Virus record (IMG/VR): IMGVR_UViG_3300034091_000153
Span: 1 to 11,108 of that record
Strand: one strand, 5' to 3'
DNA length: 11,108 nucleotides
The position numbers were made by a program, and so were the translations under genes. Of the stretch, positions 1-7,978 are shown one piece after another (position 1 is the first letter of the stretch; each line of letters starts with the position of its first letter). The notes under the pieces were generated by a model that did no database searches, was not told where the DNA came from, and saw only the letters and a program-made list of their open reading frames with translations.

Positions 1-79
1 AAAAGCTATCCGCGCTTCTGAGGCCGTATCCGTTCTCCAAAGGAGTGGTACAGAATCTCGATTCAGTCTTCTTTGCTAA

Positions 80-108
80 TCTTTACGCCATATTCGCCCG
101 CGTGTCAA
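80..108 (-). promoter_or_regulatory. Putative sigma70 promoter for downstream (out-of-window) genes
   Basis: Minus-strand TTGACA (108-103), 17 nt, TAAAGA (85-80), overlapping the end of the 83..409 ORF. The -35 is perfect; the -10 is imperfect. Confidence 0.45.
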
Positions 109-409
109 CTGCTTTTTTCTGGAGGCTGAAAACCTCGTCCGTCATTTCGTCCAATTCTGACCCCAGGCGAATCCTCCCCGTTTGCTCTGTGAGGACCGAA
201 ACGACGCCTCCCTGATTCATGTTGACGTTCACTTTCCCCGTCACTTTCCCGCCATGAATGAGCGACTGGATATGGGCAATGGCTTCGGGGATGCGCTCTT
301 TCTTTCTGAGCGCCACGGTTTCACGGTAGGAGACAATCTTCTCGCTCTTTACCACTTCGATTCCTAAGTCCTTTTCGATCTGCGTGCGGGTGTCCACTCT
401 TGCCTCCAT
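83..409 (-). CDS. Phage hypothetical protein, 108 aa
   Basis: ATG overlaps the portal stop (TAATG at 411-407). Protein-like composition, same strand as the morphogenesis block. Confidence 0.8.
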   Translation of the reverse strand: MEARVDTRTQIEKDLGIEVVKSEKIVSYRETVALRKKERIPEAIAHIQSLIHGGKVTGKVNVNMNQGGVVSVLTEQTGRIRLGSELDEMTDEVFSLQKKAVDTRANMA

Positions 410-2454
410 TAACTCGATTTGTTCACAGCACGTACTTGCCCCGATTGCGACCCCTTCATCGCGGGCTGCATGTCCTTTTTACCGCTTTGTTTTCTGCCGC
501 CGCCCTTGCCTTGTCCTGGGCCTTGAGGCTCGGGAGGGTTCAATCCGAGAGCAGCCGTCTTTCGGGCGAGAGCCGCCTTAACTTCGAGTTCCCATTCAGC
601 ATCTTCCAGTTGCTCCTCTTTCCATGCCTCATGACGAATTTGGTAATCGGGAACACCAATCTTTTCCATCGTGGTTTCGATGTCTATCGGAACCTTTTGT
701 TGGAGCATGAAGATTTGCGTCATGCGCTCAATCGTATGCGTGATATTGAGGAGTTGCGTCGGAGTATTTACCACTTTGAGTCGTTCGCAGAACCAGTCCG
801 CTCTTTGCTGCCGCGTGTGAGCACTGACATTGCTTTGATCCTCACCGGGAAGATGCGACGGCACCAGAGAGTTGGGATCGTTGTCGAACGTCTCAACTCC
901 TACCCCTTCCGGCCCAATCATGTCCATAATCATGTCTACGGTGAAGTATTGCGCGATGTTGTACTTGAGCATGTTCGCGTCTTTGGAGTTGGCAATCCAC
1001 TGATTCAACGCGATGCCCTTTGCTACCGGACCAAGATTCTCAATGAACTTGTCGAACGCCTGATCCGACATATTCCCCTTGACTTCGCGCAGGCTGGCAA
1101 TATCGGAAAGCCCCAAAGCGGCTTTGACAGCGGCGCTCAACATATCCACGCCCTTGTAATCGGCCTCCTCAACTGATACGCCTTCGGGCAGCAATGAACG
1201 GGTCCACTTGGAAGGATCGCCCTTGCCGCCGACTCTCACGCCTTGCGCGTGGAGCAAGTCGAGTTTGTCCATCTGCGTGCGAGAGACGCCTGTCGAGACA
1301 TCGGTTCCAAGCGGCGGGTCTTTCATGATCGCCAGAGTCGAATTGATGTCCGAAAGCCTGTCTCGGCGGGCGACTTCCAGACCTTTTACGCCAGAAACGA
1401 GCGAGTATCCTAGTGGAGACCAAACCCAGTCGTTGACTTCGTGCTTTGTCACTGGGATCGAACCATGCCAGTCGAACGCTGTGTCGTCATAAAGAGGGAC
1501 TGGACACGACGGCGAAGTGACCGCAAGCCTCATGCGTGGATACATCTTGCAGTCCGACATCTCGGCTTTTCGGGACTTGGGCAGCCCGGTGTCGGGGTCA
1601 ACAGTCACAATCAAATCGCCCAGCGTCGGAACCTTGTAGCCCCACGTCGATCCATCCACGCCCATCTGCTGCGTGTAGCCAGTGTCATTGATTCTTAGAT
1701 CATGAATGAAGTGGTAACGAATTTCGCAGTACTTCTCAATCCAATCCGAGTTGTTTGACCCGCCAAAACGCCAGCGGTCGTAGAACTCATAGCGCCTGAG
1801 CATGTTCTGCGTGACGTTGACCCCAGAGCGGGAGTACTGAGAAATCGGAGTGAGCCACTGCTGAAACTTTGGGAACCGCGCGTGTGCTTCCGAAAGGCCC
1901 ATCGGAAAAATGATCGTGCCCGCATAGCCATCGTCAAGATCGCCATTGTGCGGAAGCTGGTCGGGAAGAAATTCTCTCGGCCCAAGCGCCTCGAATTTCA
2001 TCTTGGCTGGTCCGATTCCGTGCCACGGGCGCGAGAATTTTTGCCACTTGTATCCGCGCCCCATGATGGCCCACTGGAGAGCTTTGCGGGTATTCGGAAC
2101 GTAGAGCGAGTCCCAAAACACAAATTTGAAGATGTCATTATAAAGAGCAACTGTCTTTTTGTTCTGCTTTGCCTTTGATCCCATCGTGGCAATCTGCCGG
2201 AGGTCGGTAATGGTCTCGACAAAGGAGCGGATGTCCGGCTGGAGCAGATTCGAGGGCATATCGCGCTCTTGCCCTGTTCCCATCAAAAGCTGAATGTCGT
2301 TGGTGAGATTGGCGATTCCAGGCTGCGCTTGCAACCAAGCGTCCCCGCTTTGCACCAGCTCATCGAACCAGCCCTTGAGGTAGGTTCCTCCCGCCTCGCG
2401 TGGAGGCGCTTGCCACGAGAGCACCTTTCCGTCGTCAGCGGCGTCTGTTATCAC
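409..2454 (-). CDS. Probable phage portal protein, 681 aa
   Basis: Long ORF just downstream of TerL, with size and position typical of a long (P22-like) portal. GTG start overlaps the previous stop (GTGA 2454-2451). Low-complexity Gly/Lys/Gln C-tail. Function inferred from synteny and general sequence character. Confidence 0.75.
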   Translation of the reverse strand: MITDAADDGKVLSWQAPPREAGGTYLKGWFDELVQSGDAWLQAQPGIANLTNDIQLLMGTGQERDMPSNLLQPDIRSFVETITDLRQIATMGSKAKQNKKTVALYNDIFKFVFWDSLYVPNTRKALQWAIMGRGYKWQKFSRPWHGIGPAKMKFEALGPREFLPDQLPHNGDLDDGYAGTIIFPMGLSEAHARFPKFQQWLTPISQYSRSGVNVTQNMLRRYEFYDRWRFGGSNNSDWIEKYCEIRYHFIHDLRINDTGYTQQMGVDGSTWGYKVPTLGDLIVTVDPDTGLPKSRKAEMSDCKMYPRMRLAVTSPSCPVPLYDDTAFDWHGSIPVTKHEVNDWVWSPLGYSLVSGVKGLEVARRDRLSDINSTLAIMKDPPLGTDVSTGVSRTQMDKLDLLHAQGVRVGGKGDPSKWTRSLLPEGVSVEEADYKGVDMLSAAVKAALGLSDIASLREVKGNMSDQAFDKFIENLGPVAKGIALNQWIANSKDANMLKYNIAQYFTVDMIMDMIGPEGVGVETFDNDPNSLVPSHLPGEDQSNVSAHTRQQRADWFCERLKVVNTPTQLLNITHTIERMTQIFMLQQKVPIDIETTMEKIGVPDYQIRHEAWKEEQLEDAEWELEVKAALARKTAALGLNPPEPQGPGQGKGGGRKQSGKKDMQPAMKGSQSGQVRAVNKSS

Positions 2455-2927
2455 TTGGCCATCGCTCCTGTCGCGGCATCTTTGACGATTCTAGTCTGAT
2501 CGCCGCCCTCCTCATACATTTCTGCGACTAGTCGCGGGATGGCCTCCATCTTCTGTTTCAGGATTCGGTCATATTCTCGATCCCAAGTGTCAAGCACGCG
2601 AATATTGACGGCGGCATTCCATCTGTCCAGTTGTGAGTTCCGCGCCAGAATCCCGTCTCTCACAGATTTGCGAAAGGCTTTTTCCCTTTCGAGTTTTCGT
2701 ACAGCAGCTTGCTCCTCATCGTCCTTGTGCTGTTGACGATATTGGTTCATGTAGCGGTCAAGCTCAGAGGCGTGAAAGCACACGATTGTCTCGTATCGGA
2801 TTCCTTGCGGTACGTTGAGCGGAGGACACCCCGAAATGCCGAAACTTAGGATGCGCCCGCTGTCAAGGTCACGAAAGACACAGGTCCGTTCCTTGCCTGT
2901 TAGCTGGACTGAGTTCGTAGCGGCCAT
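2451..2927 (-). CDS. Phage hypothetical protein, 158 aa, charged helical C-terminal half
   Basis: The ORF track gives 2451..3122, but ATG 2927 (MAATNSVQ...) avoids overlap with TerL. Stop is coupled to the portal start. Confidence 0.8.
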   Translation of the reverse strand: MAATNSVQLTGKERTCVFRDLDSGRILSFGISGCPPLNVPQGIRYETIVCFHASELDRYMNQYRQQHKDDEEQAAVRKLEREKAFRKSVRDGILARNSQLDRWNAAVNIRVLDTWDREYDRILKQKMEAIPRLVAEMYEEGGDQTRIVKDAATGAMAK

Positions 2928-2970
2928 ACTGCCAATACTATACCCTATTTCAAACAGAAAGCGGACGGAA

Positions 2971-5259
2971 TCACGCAATGACGCTCCGAGTACACCACTC
3001 GTCAGGCATGGCTTCCTTGACTTTTTTTTCGAGCGGCCAGCGGCTTTGTATGCGCGAAGCGGAGTTCTCAAGTTCATGGAACGTCGTCCACCCCATAGCC
3101 GAAGCGAAGATATTGTCGTCATGCTGGCCTTGGGAATGGATCATCTCACTCTTTCCTTGCTCACCTGTATATTTACGAACGAAAGTTGCAAGCTGCCGGA
3201 TCAGTATGGGATCGTTGAGAACCATCCACCCCGTATTCACGGCGTCCACCCAGCGGTCAAGGAGGTACGGTCTCGTGTAAACACGGGTGAACCAGCCCTC
3301 CTGATGCCCGGAGTCAGGCAAAATGTTGCCCTTCTTATCGATCCTGAGCATGACGTGATGATCCAGAAATCCCATGATTTTCAGTTGGCTCTGGCATTCA
3401 TCTCCCGGCTTCCTGATTTGCTCGACGATGAACTTGACGATAAGGGGATTTGAAGAGGTGACATTACACTTTCCATCTGTTCCGTAAAGGACCGCCACTG
3501 CCGCCGCGATGCGCGACATTTGCGGCGAATTGACACGGATCGAAGTAAACGACGCCACCTGCACATCCGGCTCCTTACCATGTCCATGTTTCTGAACAGA
3601 AAGGCTGGCGCGATCCTCCTTCGGCTTGTTTAGGCCACCCGCTGTGTCGATAGCAATGCAATACTCAGCGCCCACTTGCGGCTCCTCGAAAATCAAGAGT
3701 TTGTCGAAACAGGCTTCATCAGTGGAATCATCGAACGAACGCATAGAAACCAGATTCCAACGGTACTCGTTATCATCCAGCCCTTTCCATTCCAAGATGA
3801 TTTCTGGCTCATCTGGATTTATCTCCTCGGCATTGGGCTGATATGGTTGATTTTCGCTGCCCATCAAGATTGTGCGTCCAGTAACGGCATAGGCGACATA
3901 ATTCTGTTCGCGGGCTTCGGTAACGAGGTTGATAGTTTCGCTGGCGAATACAGAATCATTCTTCGATTGAAACGCATCTTGGGGGGTCACGGCATTGGCG
4001 GCAAGGAACTCTCTCTCCGCGTGTTTGGCAATTGCTTCCTCATATCCGCATTGCCAGAACCATTGAAACTCACGCGGCATCTCCCACCGCTGGCCTAGTA
4101 TTTTCCAGAGATAGTCAGTGGACCGGACGTAAAGCTCGCCCCGCCTACGCATCTTCCGCGTAGCATCGGTGATGTTCTGCTCCCACGGTTCGGGGACGGG
4201 ATGTTGGCGCAACCAATCGGCCGGCGGATAAAGGTCACTAGCGCAGGCTGGGGGAATGAAGAACGCGGTGAAGCGCCCTTTCTTTGCAGCATAGAGTTCC
4301 CAACTCTCTTTCTGCCACGGCGTCGCGGTCGATCCCGTTCCTTCCAGCACCATGAACAGCGAGGCAATCTGGTGACAGGCCGGGAACAGACCTTCATCCA
4401 AGGTGTGCTTGGGATTCGTGTAGTCGCCGAGTTCGCTCAGGTGAACACAGGAAGGCGAATCGCCTTGAGCGATACCGACTTCCTGTGCGCCCGCCTGTAC
4501 CGACAACCGGGAACCGTTGGTCCAGCGCGGCTCGGCTGACTTCGTGGAAGTCTGACCGACGCGCAACCAGAACGGCAACTTGTCCTGACAGGTGTCGATC
4601 ATGTTCTTGAGCTTCTGCGATTGGGGGACTTGCACCGACGCCATGACCGCGTAGGTGTTTGCCACGTAGAGGATGCGGTGCAAAAAGAAAAGCGCCGTGA
4701 CCGTCGAGACGCCCAACTGGCGAGCCTTCAAGATGAAAAGCTGAATTGCAATCTGGAGATCATCGCATTCGGCCAGGAACGCAAAAAAGATTCTCTGCGC
4801 ATTCCGAAAATCGAAGTGAATGATCTGCGTGTTTGCGGCGCGGATGTAGGCATAGCGGGTGACAAAGTATTCTGCCGATGCTGAGCATAGGAAACGTTCA
4901 TTCGCAACCCATCGCTTGATTTTATTGACCGTTGCCACAGAGGGAGATTTGTCGTCCTTCCAGAAAAAGTAAGACCTTGCGCCGGTTTTCGATTTCGACA
5001 CATCGGCGTACTTCTGAATCTCCTCCTGCATGTAGTCGCACTCGGCTACGTCGTGGAAGCGCGGTTCCCAGCCGTTCCGGCGTGCGAAGTCTGCGACTGT
5101 GAGATTGACGATGCGAGTGCTATACGTTTGGCACCACCCTCGGCGCAACGCCGCCGTACACTTCGAGTTCGGCTCGCCCATGTCGGGGAAAGCATTATCC
5201 CAGGCTTCATCGGCATCGGTGTCAGCATCCCGCTCCTCTGGAGGCCGCCACCATCTCAC
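2971..5259 (-). CDS. terL: Terminase large subunit (ATPase plus RNase H-like nuclease), up to 762 aa; start uncertain
   Basis: Walker A-like ILKARQLGVST, Walker B-like CVHLSELG, coupling-motif-like LEGTG, nuclease acidic motifs IAIDTAGG, DRASLSV and HDDNIFA. Lies upstream of the portal. Confidence 0.93.
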   Translation of the reverse strand: MRWWRPPEERDADTDADEAWDNAFPDMGEPNSKCTAALRRGWCQTYSTRIVNLTVADFARRNGWEPRFHDVAECDYMQEEIQKYADVSKSKTGARSYFFWKDDKSPSVATVNKIKRWVANERFLCSASAEYFVTRYAYIRAANTQIIHFDFRNAQRIFFAFLAECDDLQIAIQLFILKARQLGVSTVTALFFLHRILYVANTYAVMASVQVPQSQKLKNMIDTCQDKLPFWLRVGQTSTKSAEPRWTNGSRLSVQAGAQEVGIAQGDSPSCVHLSELGDYTNPKHTLDEGLFPACHQIASLFMVLEGTGSTATPWQKESWELYAAKKGRFTAFFIPPACASDLYPPADWLRQHPVPEPWEQNITDATRKMRRRGELYVRSTDYLWKILGQRWEMPREFQWFWQCGYEEAIAKHAEREFLAANAVTPQDAFQSKNDSVFASETINLVTEAREQNYVAYAVTGRTILMGSENQPYQPNAEEINPDEPEIILEWKGLDDNEYRWNLVSMRSFDDSTDEACFDKLLIFEEPQVGAEYCIAIDTAGGLNKPKEDRASLSVQKHGHGKEPDVQVASFTSIRVNSPQMSRIAAAVAVLYGTDGKCNVTSSNPLIVKFIVEQIRKPGDECQSQLKIMGFLDHHVMLRIDKKGNILPDSGHQEGWFTRVYTRPYLLDRWVDAVNTGWMVLNDPILIRQLATFVRKYTGEQGKSEMIHSQGQHDDNIFASAMGWTTFHELENSASRIQSRWPLEKKVKEAMPDEWCTRSVIA
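5172..5247. repeat. 76-bp perfect direct repeat, copy in the 5' end of terL
   Basis: gctcgcccatgtcggggaaagcattatcccaggcttcatcggcatcggtgtcagcatcccgctcctctggaggccg, identical base by base to 5766-5841. Confidence 0.98.
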
Positions 5260-5438
5260 TTCCCCGTTTCGATCAACATATTTATGCGCTGATACAAAAG
5301 GGGACGCAGAGATTCGAGTGAATCTGCACCCTTCATTTCTGTATTTGCCGAGTAGAGCTTCCCGCTATCTGTTCTTACAAGCAGAATGGCGGTTGTTTTT
5401 CCGTGTTGCTTGACTGCATGTAAGTGTAATTCTTTCAT
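5256..5438 (-). CDS. Small hypothetical protein, 60 aa
   Basis: ATGA overlap with the upstream ORF at 5438-5435. Its TGA overlaps the terL GTG (GTGA 5259-5256). Confidence 0.65.
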   Translation of the reverse strand: MKELHLHAVKQHGKTTAILLVRTDSGKLYSANTEMKGADSLESLRPLLYQRINMLIETGK

Positions 5439-5713
5439 TCCATGTACCCCTTAATCCGTTGGATTTCAGGCGGAAGAATATGCTCCCACCGCGTTCCGGG
5501 AAAGGGCTTCTTCGTGCCATCTGTGGAGTGCCAAACCCAATGGCCCTGTGCGATGTACATCCCCGGCATCTCCCATCCCAGGCGGATGCGGTAGCACCTG
5601 CACTCAGCCTCAAGCGCATTGTTCTGGACCAAAATAGTGCGTAGAGAATTCTCAAGCAGCAAAATCCTCCGACTGCCCCATCTGCGAAGCGCCCAATTAA
5701 GAATCTTCTTCAT
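5435..5713 (-). CDS. Small hypothetical protein, 92 aa, Trp/Arg-rich
   Basis: ATGA overlap with the TerS-like stop (5713-5710), with GGAGG upstream inside the preceding gene. Confidence 0.7.
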   Translation of the reverse strand: MKKILNWALRRWGSRRILLLENSLRTILVQNNALEAECRCYRIRLGWEMPGMYIAQGHWVWHSTDGTKKPFPGTRWEHILPPEIQRIKGYME

Positions 5714-6510
5714 TTTGTCTCAGCCTCCAAGAGCCTATGTTTCGCAGCCGAAAATCCCTGAATCTGCTCGCCCATGTCGGGGAAAGCATTATCCCAGGCT
5801 TCATCGGCATCGGTGTCAGCATCCCGCTCCTCTGGAGGCCGTCCAAAGCCGAAGTTGATCTCCACTCCGCCCTTTTTGGTTGGTAGGAATCCCACCGCCT
5901 CGTGCATGACCCGCTGCGCCGCCACGTCTCCATGATCGTAGCGCAGAACCTTGCCATTTTCATCGAATACCGGTTTGCCGCTCACGATAACAGGTACTCC
6001 CTCGATAGCGGAGTCAACCGTCGCCTGTACTACGTCTGGATGGGCCAGAATTGCCTTGAGCGCGCTTTCTGTGGCCTTCATGGACTGGGCGGCCATCAGG
6101 ATCGCTCCAAGCATCTCTACGGGGCTTACACGCGCTCTGACGCACATCGCCTCGAATGACAAAGCGCCAAGGTCAGCAGCGCCGATTTGCCGCATGGCAC
6201 CCACAAACTTCATGGCGCACGGCTGATTCGAGACAGCGGCAAAGGACAGGATGCGCTGGCGTGGTAAACGGCCAGATTTCCCGCCAAGACAGCGCGTGAG
6301 GATTTCTGAGGGTTCGGTAGAGCAGAGCGCCACTTCGTCAGGATCGATGTCCAGGCGCTTCATCACCGTAAGCGGAGTTCGATTACGACTGAGCGCGAAA
6401 CCTTTGCTCGAAGCGCCCGACTGTTTCTTCCGGCTCAAGTTCGTTGTACTCCTGGACGGTTTGGGGAAGGGGACGGTCCCCGACTCGGCTGATGGTGGCT
6501 TCTGTTTCAT
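5710..6510 (-). CDS. Terminase small subunit-like protein; start may be 6549, 6510 or 6366/6363
   Basis: Largest ORF upstream of terL. The helical segment VVQATVDSAIEG...GDVAAQRVMHEAVGFLP, then beta-like GGVEINF and an acidic tail, resembles the C-terminal oligomerisation region of many TerS proteins. Inferred from pattern and synteny. Confidence 0.6.
   Translation of the reverse strand: MKQKPPSAESGTVPFPKPSRSTTNLSRKKQSGASSKGFALSRNRTPLTVMKRLDIDPDEVALCSTEPSEILTRCLGGKSGRLPRQRILSFAAVSNQPCAMKFVGAMRQIGAADLGALSFEAMCVRARVSPVEMLGAILMAAQSMKATESALKAILAHPDVVQATVDSAIEGVPVIVSGKPVFDENGKVLRYDHGDVAAQRVMHEAVGFLPTKKGGVEINFGFGRPPEERDADTDADEAWDNAFPDMGEQIQGFSAAKHRLLEAETK
5766..5841. repeat. 76-bp perfect direct repeat, copy in the 3' part of the TerS-like gene
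   Basis: Identical to 5172-5247, offset 594 bp. Both encode RPPEERDADTDADEAWDNAFPDMGE on the minus strand. Confidence 0.98.
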
Positions 6511-6604
6511 CTGCAACAGGATACTCCCTATCTGCCCAGCGTTCGGCAACTTTCACAGCTCGGGAGAGAATGTCGAGCAGGCGGTCAATCTGTTTGGTGG
6601 TCAT
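6383..6604 (-). CDS. Hypothetical protein, 73 aa
   Basis: ATG overlaps the end of the upstream ORF. Natural-looking helical/acidic sequence MTTKQIDRLLDILSRAVKVAERWADREYP. Confidence 0.7.
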   Translation of the reverse strand: MTTKQIDRLLDILSRAVKVAERWADREYPVADETEATISRVGDRPLPQTVQEYNELEPEETVGRFEQRFRAQS

Positions 6605-6929
6605 ATTTCAGCCCCGTTGGGAAGGTTTCCATGTATTCGTACTCCAGAGCGCCCGGAGCACGTCTATAGAAGTCGATCAAATCTGCCGTGTCGAATCCTA
6701 CCGAGAATCCCTGAATGGTGGCTCCCTCCGGTATCGTAAACAGGCCGCGATACTTTTCAATCTCAGTGGTACATCCCGTCAGCGAGTTGCGGTAGAAGAA
6801 CCGATAGCTCCACACCCCCGAATCAGAAAGTGCCCATCCGTTCGGAGGCGCAAAGCAATAGATTTTCCTCGGCACCAACGTGGCGACGGCCGCAGCACCG
6901 AGAAGAGATAAAAAGGCCCGACGGTTCAT
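6585..6929 (-). CDS. Hypothetical protein with twin-arginine (Tat)-like signal, 114 aa
   Basis: N-terminus MNRRAFLSLLGAAAVATLVP matches RRxFL plus a hydrophobic stretch. GGAGGAG RBS and ATGA overlap. Confidence 0.75.
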   Translation of the reverse strand: MNRRAFLSLLGAAAVATLVPRKIYCFAPPNGWALSDSGVWSYRFFYRNSLTGCTTEIEKYRGLFTIPEGATIQGFSVGFDTADLIDFYRRAPGALEYEYMETFPTGLKYDHQTD

Positions 6930-7405
6930 ACGCTCCTCCGCCGCCCCGTCCCCCGCACAGACCGACTCATGGTCACGGCAGGCTCTTCCGGCTTCTTCAA
7001 CTCCGTGGGCTTGGGAATCGGCTGCTCCGTCTCACGGCGGAAGCGGTCAGGGGGAATCTCGGGAATTACCCCCGTCAGCGTCACAGCATCCTTACCCGGC
7101 GCCCGTCGATTGTCCCCGATGCCGGCCCGCGTGACGCGCCCGAAGTCGTCAAGCTCGTAATCGACCCACCAGCGTAGGAAAACCGTATCATTCTGCTTCC
7201 ACCAGGTCAGCGTCCACGATGCCTTGAACTTCGCGTAGGCGCTGCCGATGGTCAGGGAGCATGTCTTGGCTAGTCCCTCTTCAATCTGCGCTCGCAGTGT
7301 CTCCTGAATCTCGGCAGGAACGCCCTCGGTCATGCGCTTGGCAATGCCGCGCCGGATTTCGAGGCCGTTCAATGGCTGGGGAATTGTCAGTGTCGCGGTG
7401 CTCAT
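6926..7405 (-). CDS. Hypothetical protein, 159 aa
   Basis: ATGA coupling at both ends; AGAGG upstream of the start. Confidence 0.8.
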   Translation of the reverse strand: MSTATLTIPQPLNGLEIRRGIAKRMTEGVPAEIQETLRAQIEEGLAKTCSLTIGSAYAKFKASWTLTWWKQNDTVFLRWWVDYELDDFGRVTRAGIGDNRRAPGKDAVTLTGVIPEIPPDRFRRETEQPIPKPTELKKPEEPAVTMSRSVRGTGRRRSV

Positions 7406-7620
7406 GCTTGCGCCTCTCTGTATCTGGCCTGCAATGCCCTCATTTTCTCACGAACTAAAAGGCTTGGCCGATGCCTTCCCGCCTCGATGTTCGATATGGT
7501 GCGGCGGGTGACGTAGAGAACATCAGCCATCTGGCCCTGAGTCAGCTTGTGCTTTGTGCGCCACTGCCGCCACTCGCGGGCGTAGTTGCGCTTGGGGTCG
7601 CCCACAAGACGGCGCTTCAC
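7402..7620 (-). CDS. XRE/Cro-family helix-turn-helix regulator, 72 aa
   Basis: WRTKHKLTQGQMADVLYVTRRTISNIEAGRHRPS is a classic HTH_3 pattern. Likely start is GTG 7620 (GAGG RBS, GTGA overlap), not 7785. Confidence 0.88.
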   Translation of the reverse strand: MKRRLVGDPKRNYAREWRQWRTKHKLTQGQMADVLYVTRRTISNIEAGRHRPSLLVREKMRALQARYREAQA

Positions 7621-7853
7621 GACGGCCTCACTATTCTTGGCCCCTGATGCTCCGCCATGCCCACAAACTGCGTGCTGAGCGTGTAGCCGCAGTGACCGCA
7701 CCAGATGATTGCCACCAGATGTCCCGCGCCTGTCGGAACCACGTTGCAGGCAAACTCCAGCGGAGCGTGCTTGCAAGATGGGCATTTCGGCTGTGCCATT
7801 GGTCTCGGAACGCGGGTCAGGATAGCTTCGTCCCGCTCGGTAATGTCGCTCAT
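7617..7853 (-). CDS. Zinc-ribbon protein, 78 aa
   Basis: CPSC...CGHC. ATG 7853 is preceded by AAGAGGG. Confidence 0.75.
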   Translation of the reverse strand: MSDITERDEAILTRVPRPMAQPKCPSCKHAPLEFACNVVPTGAGHLVAIIWCGHCGYTLSTQFVGMAEHQGPRIVRPS

Positions 7854-7978
7854 GTTTACCCTCTTGGTACTGACTGAAACGGTTACGACTTCGATTGCTG
7901 GCCGCGACGGTAGGCTTCGATCACATTCCAATTCATCTTTGGTATCGTTCCCGTCCGCTCATGCTCATCAACAGGTAT

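Noticed and set aside
400-1176. 258-aa plus-strand ORF
   Set aside because: Antisense shadow of the portal gene, with no RBS and no recognisable motif. Other plus-strand ORFs within 1-8900 (for example 2815..3453 and 6251..6739) are rejected for the same reason.
409-5259. Genome-wide stop-codon reassignment, or an intein/intron in terL
   Set aside because: TerL and portal are uninterrupted in the standard code. No intein splice motifs or homing endonuclease were recognised.
5172-5841. The 76-bp pair as a DGR template/variable repeat, CRISPR array or IS ends
   Set aside because: No adenine-specific mismatches (the copies are identical), only two copies, direct rather than inverted, and no reverse transcriptase, cas or transposase in the window.
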